A stretch of DNA of 28,114 nt, taken from a virus (taxonomy: Duplodnaviria > Caudoviricetes). Shown piece by piece: positions 25,046 to 28,114 of this stretch (positions are counted from its first letter, which is position 1; each line of letters opens with the position of its first letter). Where the stretch lies: the IMG/VR virus record IMGVR_UViG_3300005805_000359, positions 1-28,114 of that record; one strand, written 5' to 3'. Below the pieces are notes generated by a model. It saw only the letters and a program-made list of their open reading frames with translations. It did not search any database and was not told the origin of the DNA. Position numbers and translations under genes: made by a program.

Positions 25046-25284
25046 TATCGCAATCCCACCATGTTGGTCGCTGTCGATGTCGCGAGAACCTTAATCGTGC
25101 GTATCGGCAAGATCGTGCCGACAGGAACTGCCACGAACGACACCGTCGTGCCTGCCTCTGTGACGACATCGACGTTACCGGCACCGCCGACGTAGATGCT
25201 GGAGAATGTGTTGTTCTCGGTAGCCGATGTCGTGATCGCTACGGCATCGCCTGCCGTGCGCCCGTTAAACAAGAATGAAGCCAT
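25045..25284 (-). CDS. Head spike base protein-like (RcGTA Rcc01079 family), 79 aa
   Basis: A.AIT.S...IYVGGAGNV.V...G..V.F..VPVGTILPIR..KVLAT.TAT..VGL matches the family pattern as recalled; not searched. Confidence 0.65.
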   Translation of the reverse strand: MASFLFNGRTAGDAVAITTSATENNTFSSIYVGGAGNVDVVTEAGTTVSFVAVPVGTILPIRTIKVLATSTATNMVGLR

Positions 25285-25335
25285 GTCGCGTCCCCTTTGT
25301 GGGTATGTAAATCAATGCGGCGCAAGTTACACCGT

Positions 25336-26736
25336 TCAGACAACGCCTGCAAGGTTTCGCCGCAGTGGCTTGCCCTTGAGCCACGACGACGCCCTGCCGC
25401 CCACCAGCGCAGCATTACCCGCAAACGTCAGGCACAGCGCGTCAGCAAGATCGGGCGACCTCATACCGCGCTTGCGCATCAGGTCTTTCGATTCCACGAC
25501 GATCTTGCCGGTACTGGTAAACGTATACCGCGGAGCGACAAGCTCGTGCCGCAGCGATGCGTCATTGGGTATCTTTACGCCCCGTGTTGACAGCCAGTCG
25601 CGGACCGACAGCCACAACTCGTCGCGCAGCCGGTTGGCGTTGGGGTTCATGGCTGACGTCTCAGCGACATTCACGTCGCGCACGTTGTAGCCCATCTCTC
25701 GCAGGCGATCAGCGACGCCCGAGCCTAATCCGATTGTGTCGACGCATATCTCGTCGGGCCGGTCGATGTTGGCCTCGTTCACGATTGCGCCCACGAGCTG
25801 CATCAGGTCAAGCCCACCCCACGACTTAACCTCGATCACGACATTTCCCCGGCGCTTGCACAATGCCGACCGGTCAGACCCGAAGCGTGCGACGTCTACG
25901 CCGTACACCATCACGTCCTGCTCAGTGCCTGACACGTCACGCGTCATCGCGCTGTCGACAATCTCAGACGCGATCAGCGTGTCGTCGTCGGCTACAGCAA
26001 ACTCGCCCAGGACGCGGATCCGGTAGGCGTTGCTCTCCTCGCCATACGTCGTCCTGATCTGGTCGACGAAGTCCGACGACACGAGAGCGTTATCGACGCA
26101 GCTCACGTGCATCGTCTCCCAGTCGCTCGCCAGCTCGTGGTGCGTCTTGTAGAACATACCGCTATTTCGCGTCGGGTTGCCGATCAGGATCGTGCAGGCC
26201 GAGTGGCCCGACATAGAACCGGCTGCGGCTTCGTACACGGCTTCAGGCACGGCGGAAGCCTCGTCGATGATCAGCAATACGTGCTCGCTGTGGATACCCG
26301 CGAGAGCCTCTGGCCGGTCGGACGACGACGTGCGTGCCGATGCGAACGAACTCTCGGGCGCACCCTTCAACGCAATCCTGTCGCTGAACACGTCGAAGCT
26401 ATCGCGCAGCACCGGGGGCAGGCGGTTGACCTGCGCCTTCAGCTCGGAGAACAGCGCGTCGAATAGCTGCCCCGCGGTGGGTGCCGTCATCACGGTCTTC
26501 TGCGGGAAGCGCGTGCACATGAACCAGACTACGGCCCACGCGCACACAGTCGACTTCCCGACACCGTGACCGGCGCGGATGCTGATGCGGCGGCGACCGG
26601 CTGCGACTTTGCGCAGCGCGTCCTCCTGCCACTTCGTCGGCGACTGGCCGAGCACGTCCCGCACGAAGCCGACGGGGTTGTCTCGGTAAAGAGATATGAA
26701 CTCGTCAAACGTCGTTGCTGCGTCAGTAGCGGCCAT
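25336..26736 (-). CDS. terL: Terminase large subunit
   Basis: Walker A AGHGVGKS, Walker B LLIIDEAS, coupling motif GNP, nuclease motifs GVDVARFGSD and SPDLADAL. Confidence 0.95.
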   Translation of the reverse strand: MAATDAATTFDEFISLYRDNPVGFVRDVLGQSPTKWQEDALRKVAAGRRRISIRAGHGVGKSTVCAWAVVWFMCTRFPQKTVMTAPTAGQLFDALFSELKAQVNRLPPVLRDSFDVFSDRIALKGAPESSFASARTSSSDRPEALAGIHSEHVLLIIDEASAVPEAVYEAAAGSMSGHSACTILIGNPTRNSGMFYKTHHELASDWETMHVSCVDNALVSSDFVDQIRTTYGEESNAYRIRVLGEFAVADDDTLIASEIVDSAMTRDVSGTEQDVMVYGVDVARFGSDRSALCKRRGNVVIEVKSWGGLDLMQLVGAIVNEANIDRPDEICVDTIGLGSGVADRLREMGYNVRDVNVAETSAMNPNANRLRDELWLSVRDWLSTRGVKIPNDASLRHELVAPRYTFTSTGKIVVESKDLMRKRGMRSPDLADALCLTFAGNAALVGGRASSWLKGKPLRRNLAGVV

Positions 26737-27211
26737 CGTTGCTCCCCTTCAGGCGTAGCTCCACGCCGACGTGTCTAGCCAATTCGCGTAGCTGAAGCAA
26801 TGGGATGCCGGTAATGCGCTGTATGTCGACCTGATACGCGCCGCGCTTCAGCATCTCTATCGCTACGGGCGACGCCTCGTAATTGTGCTCGTTTCTCGCC
26901 CTGCTCTTGCGCGACATATCACGCATATTCTCGGCCTGCGTCGCCGCAAACAGGTGGTCTGGGTTCACGCACAGCTTCACGTCGCAGCTGTGGCATACGT
27001 ACAACCCGTCAGGTATTTCGCCGTGCGCAATCTGATACGCGATGCGGTGAGCTCGGGCGCGTATCCGCTGACCGCTGTCGGTGATCACCATCACGCCATA
27101 CCCGCCCTGCGATATCGTGCCAGTCCACACGTGGCACCCATCCTCGCGCACGATGATCTTGCGCGTCAGGTGGTCGATCTGCTTCACGCGCAACGGTATC
27201 CGCTCAACCAT
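26723..27211 (-). CDS. HNH homing-type endonuclease
   Basis: CHVWTG...GYG...AHRIAY...VCHSCDVKLCVNPDHL...ENMRD. Start may be ATG 27211 or GTG 27250; overlaps the terL start by 14 nt. Confidence 0.85.
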   Translation of the reverse strand: MVERIPLRVKQIDHLTRKIIVREDGCHVWTGTISQGGYGVMVITDSGQRIRARAHRIAYQIAHGEIPDGLYVCHSCDVKLCVNPDHLFAATQAENMRDMSRKSRARNEHNYEASPVAIEMLKRGAYQVDIQRITGIPLLQLRELARHVGVELRLKGSNDGRY

Positions 27212-27255
27212 ATCGTGTCCCGCCACATGAAAACGCGCCACGTATACCACAACTT

Positions 27256-27310
27256 TGTGAATTTTCGTGACGCGCTGTGAAATATCGTGACGGGTAGGGG
27301 GGTGGGGGTG
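27256..27310. repeat. Two 17-bp direct repeats (four GTGA at 10-bp spacing) followed by a G-tract
   Basis: TGTGAATTTTCGTGACG at 27256 and TGTGAAATATCGTGACG at 27276, then GGGTAGGGGGGTGGGGGTG. Confidence 0.7.
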
Positions 27311-27312
27311 CG

Positions 27313-27870
27313 CTATGGCTGCAGCTTCGCCTCGATCACGCGGTACACAGACGATCTCGCGATGCCCAAGCGCTTGGCGATCTGCGTCGGGGCCATACCC
27401 TGCGCGATAAGCTCGACGACGGCGTCGCCCTTGGCCATGGCCGTCGGCTTGCGCCCGAGGTACTTCCCGTCGCGCTTCGCCTTCGCGATGCCCTCACGCT
27501 GGCGCTCCAGCATCATCTCACGCTCGAACTGCGCCACGCTGCCGATCACATTCAGCATCAGCTTGCCCGTGGGAGTGCGCGTGTCGAGGTTCATGGCGAG
27601 GATGCGTAGGGATGCGCCGCGCTTCTCGATGCGGTCGACGATGCCGACGAGGTCGCCGACGCTGCGTGCGAGCCGGTCGAGCTTCGTCACGATGAGCACG
27701 TCTCCATCTCGTAAGTAATCAAGCGCGGCGTCGAGCTGCTCGCGCTTGGCGACGCTTGACACTTGCTCGGCGAATATGCGCTCGGCTCCGGCTGCAGCTA
27801 AGTCGCGCTGCTGTGCCTCGTACCCGGCGACCTGTTCCGTGGTGCTTGTTCTCGTGTATCCGATTTCCAT
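27313..27870 (-). CDS. Small serine recombinase (resolvase/invertase family) with C-terminal HTH
   Basis: IGYTRTST (catalytic Ser), VTKLDRLARS, FEREMMLERQREGI, GRKP and an HTH IAKRLGIARSSVYR. Confidence 0.93.
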   Translation of the reverse strand: MEIGYTRTSTTEQVAGYEAQQRDLAAAGAERIFAEQVSSVAKREQLDAALDYLRDGDVLIVTKLDRLARSVGDLVGIVDRIEKRGASLRILAMNLDTRTPTGKLMLNVIGSVAQFEREMMLERQREGIAKAKRDGKYLGRKPTAMAKGDAVVELIAQGMAPTQIAKRLGIARSSVYRVIEAKLQP

Positions 27871-27932
27871 TTTCGTGTTCCTGTCGCGTTTGAGTGAGTG
27901 GTGTGCGGGGGGTCATTGCAGCAGCCGCCCCC

Positions 27933-28114
27933 GCCCGGGGCCTGCGGCCAGAGCGTGTCCAGCTCACCCTGGACCAGCTCGAAACGGCAGTTGCCGCAGG
28001 AGCCCACGTTGCACTCGTAGGGAAAGCCCAGGCCCGCCCGCTGCGCCGCCCGCAGCACCGTGTCTCCGGGCGCGCAGTCAAAGGCCTGATCGGAACCGGC
28101 CACCTGCAGCCGGC
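27933..28114 (-). pseudogene. Truncated 2Fe-2S ferredoxin domain of an aromatic monooxygenase reductase (TmoF/TbuC-like)
   Basis: DTVLRAAQRAGLGFPYECNVGSCGNCRFELVQGE...LWPQAPG carries C-x4-C-x2-C. Similarity stops at about 27933, before the fourth Cys. The frame is open to the right edge. Confidence 0.75.

Noticed and set aside
7808-26736. Gene transfer agent cluster
   Set aside because: Only one small GTA-like gene. The portal, scaffold and ejection proteins and the lack of tail tube or tape-measure genes indicate a podovirus-like phage.
27256-27292. Possible mini-CRISPR array
   Set aside because: Only two 17-bp units separated by 3 bp; no spacers and no cas genes.
27798-28103. Intact 101-aa phage-encoded ferredoxin (auxiliary metabolic gene)
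   Set aside because: Similarity ends at about 27933, the fourth Cys ligand in its normal context is missing, and the remainder is read-through into the recombinase region.

Overview
Almost the whole window (about 1240-26736, all on the - strand) is one co-oriented virion morphogenesis operon of a tailed phage with P22/podovirus-like organisation; the host is probably an alphaproteobacterium (inference). In transcription order: small serine recombinase, HNH endonuclease, large terminase, an accessory cluster, portal, an ADP-ribosyltransferase-fold protein, scaffold, major capsid protein, adaptor, fibre genes, lysis genes, tail hub and five DNA-ejection/internal virion proteins. The accessory cluster holds a head-spike base protein, a Cys-rich protein, three Lys-rich small proteins, a mosaic low-GC gene, a glycosyltransferase and a methyltransferase. 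The operon ends at an intrinsic terminator, followed by a sigma70-like promoter and small putative early genes. At the right edge the phage sequence joins a truncated, GC-richer 2Fe-2S reductase gene, and no small terminase is visible. The main candidate for a new system is two low-GC effector-like genes in the head module that share a terminal G-L-L motif with the ejection proteins and the scaffold C-terminus, suggesting a capsid-loading tag for swappable injected effectors. All family assignments come from motif recognition by eye; no database search was run.
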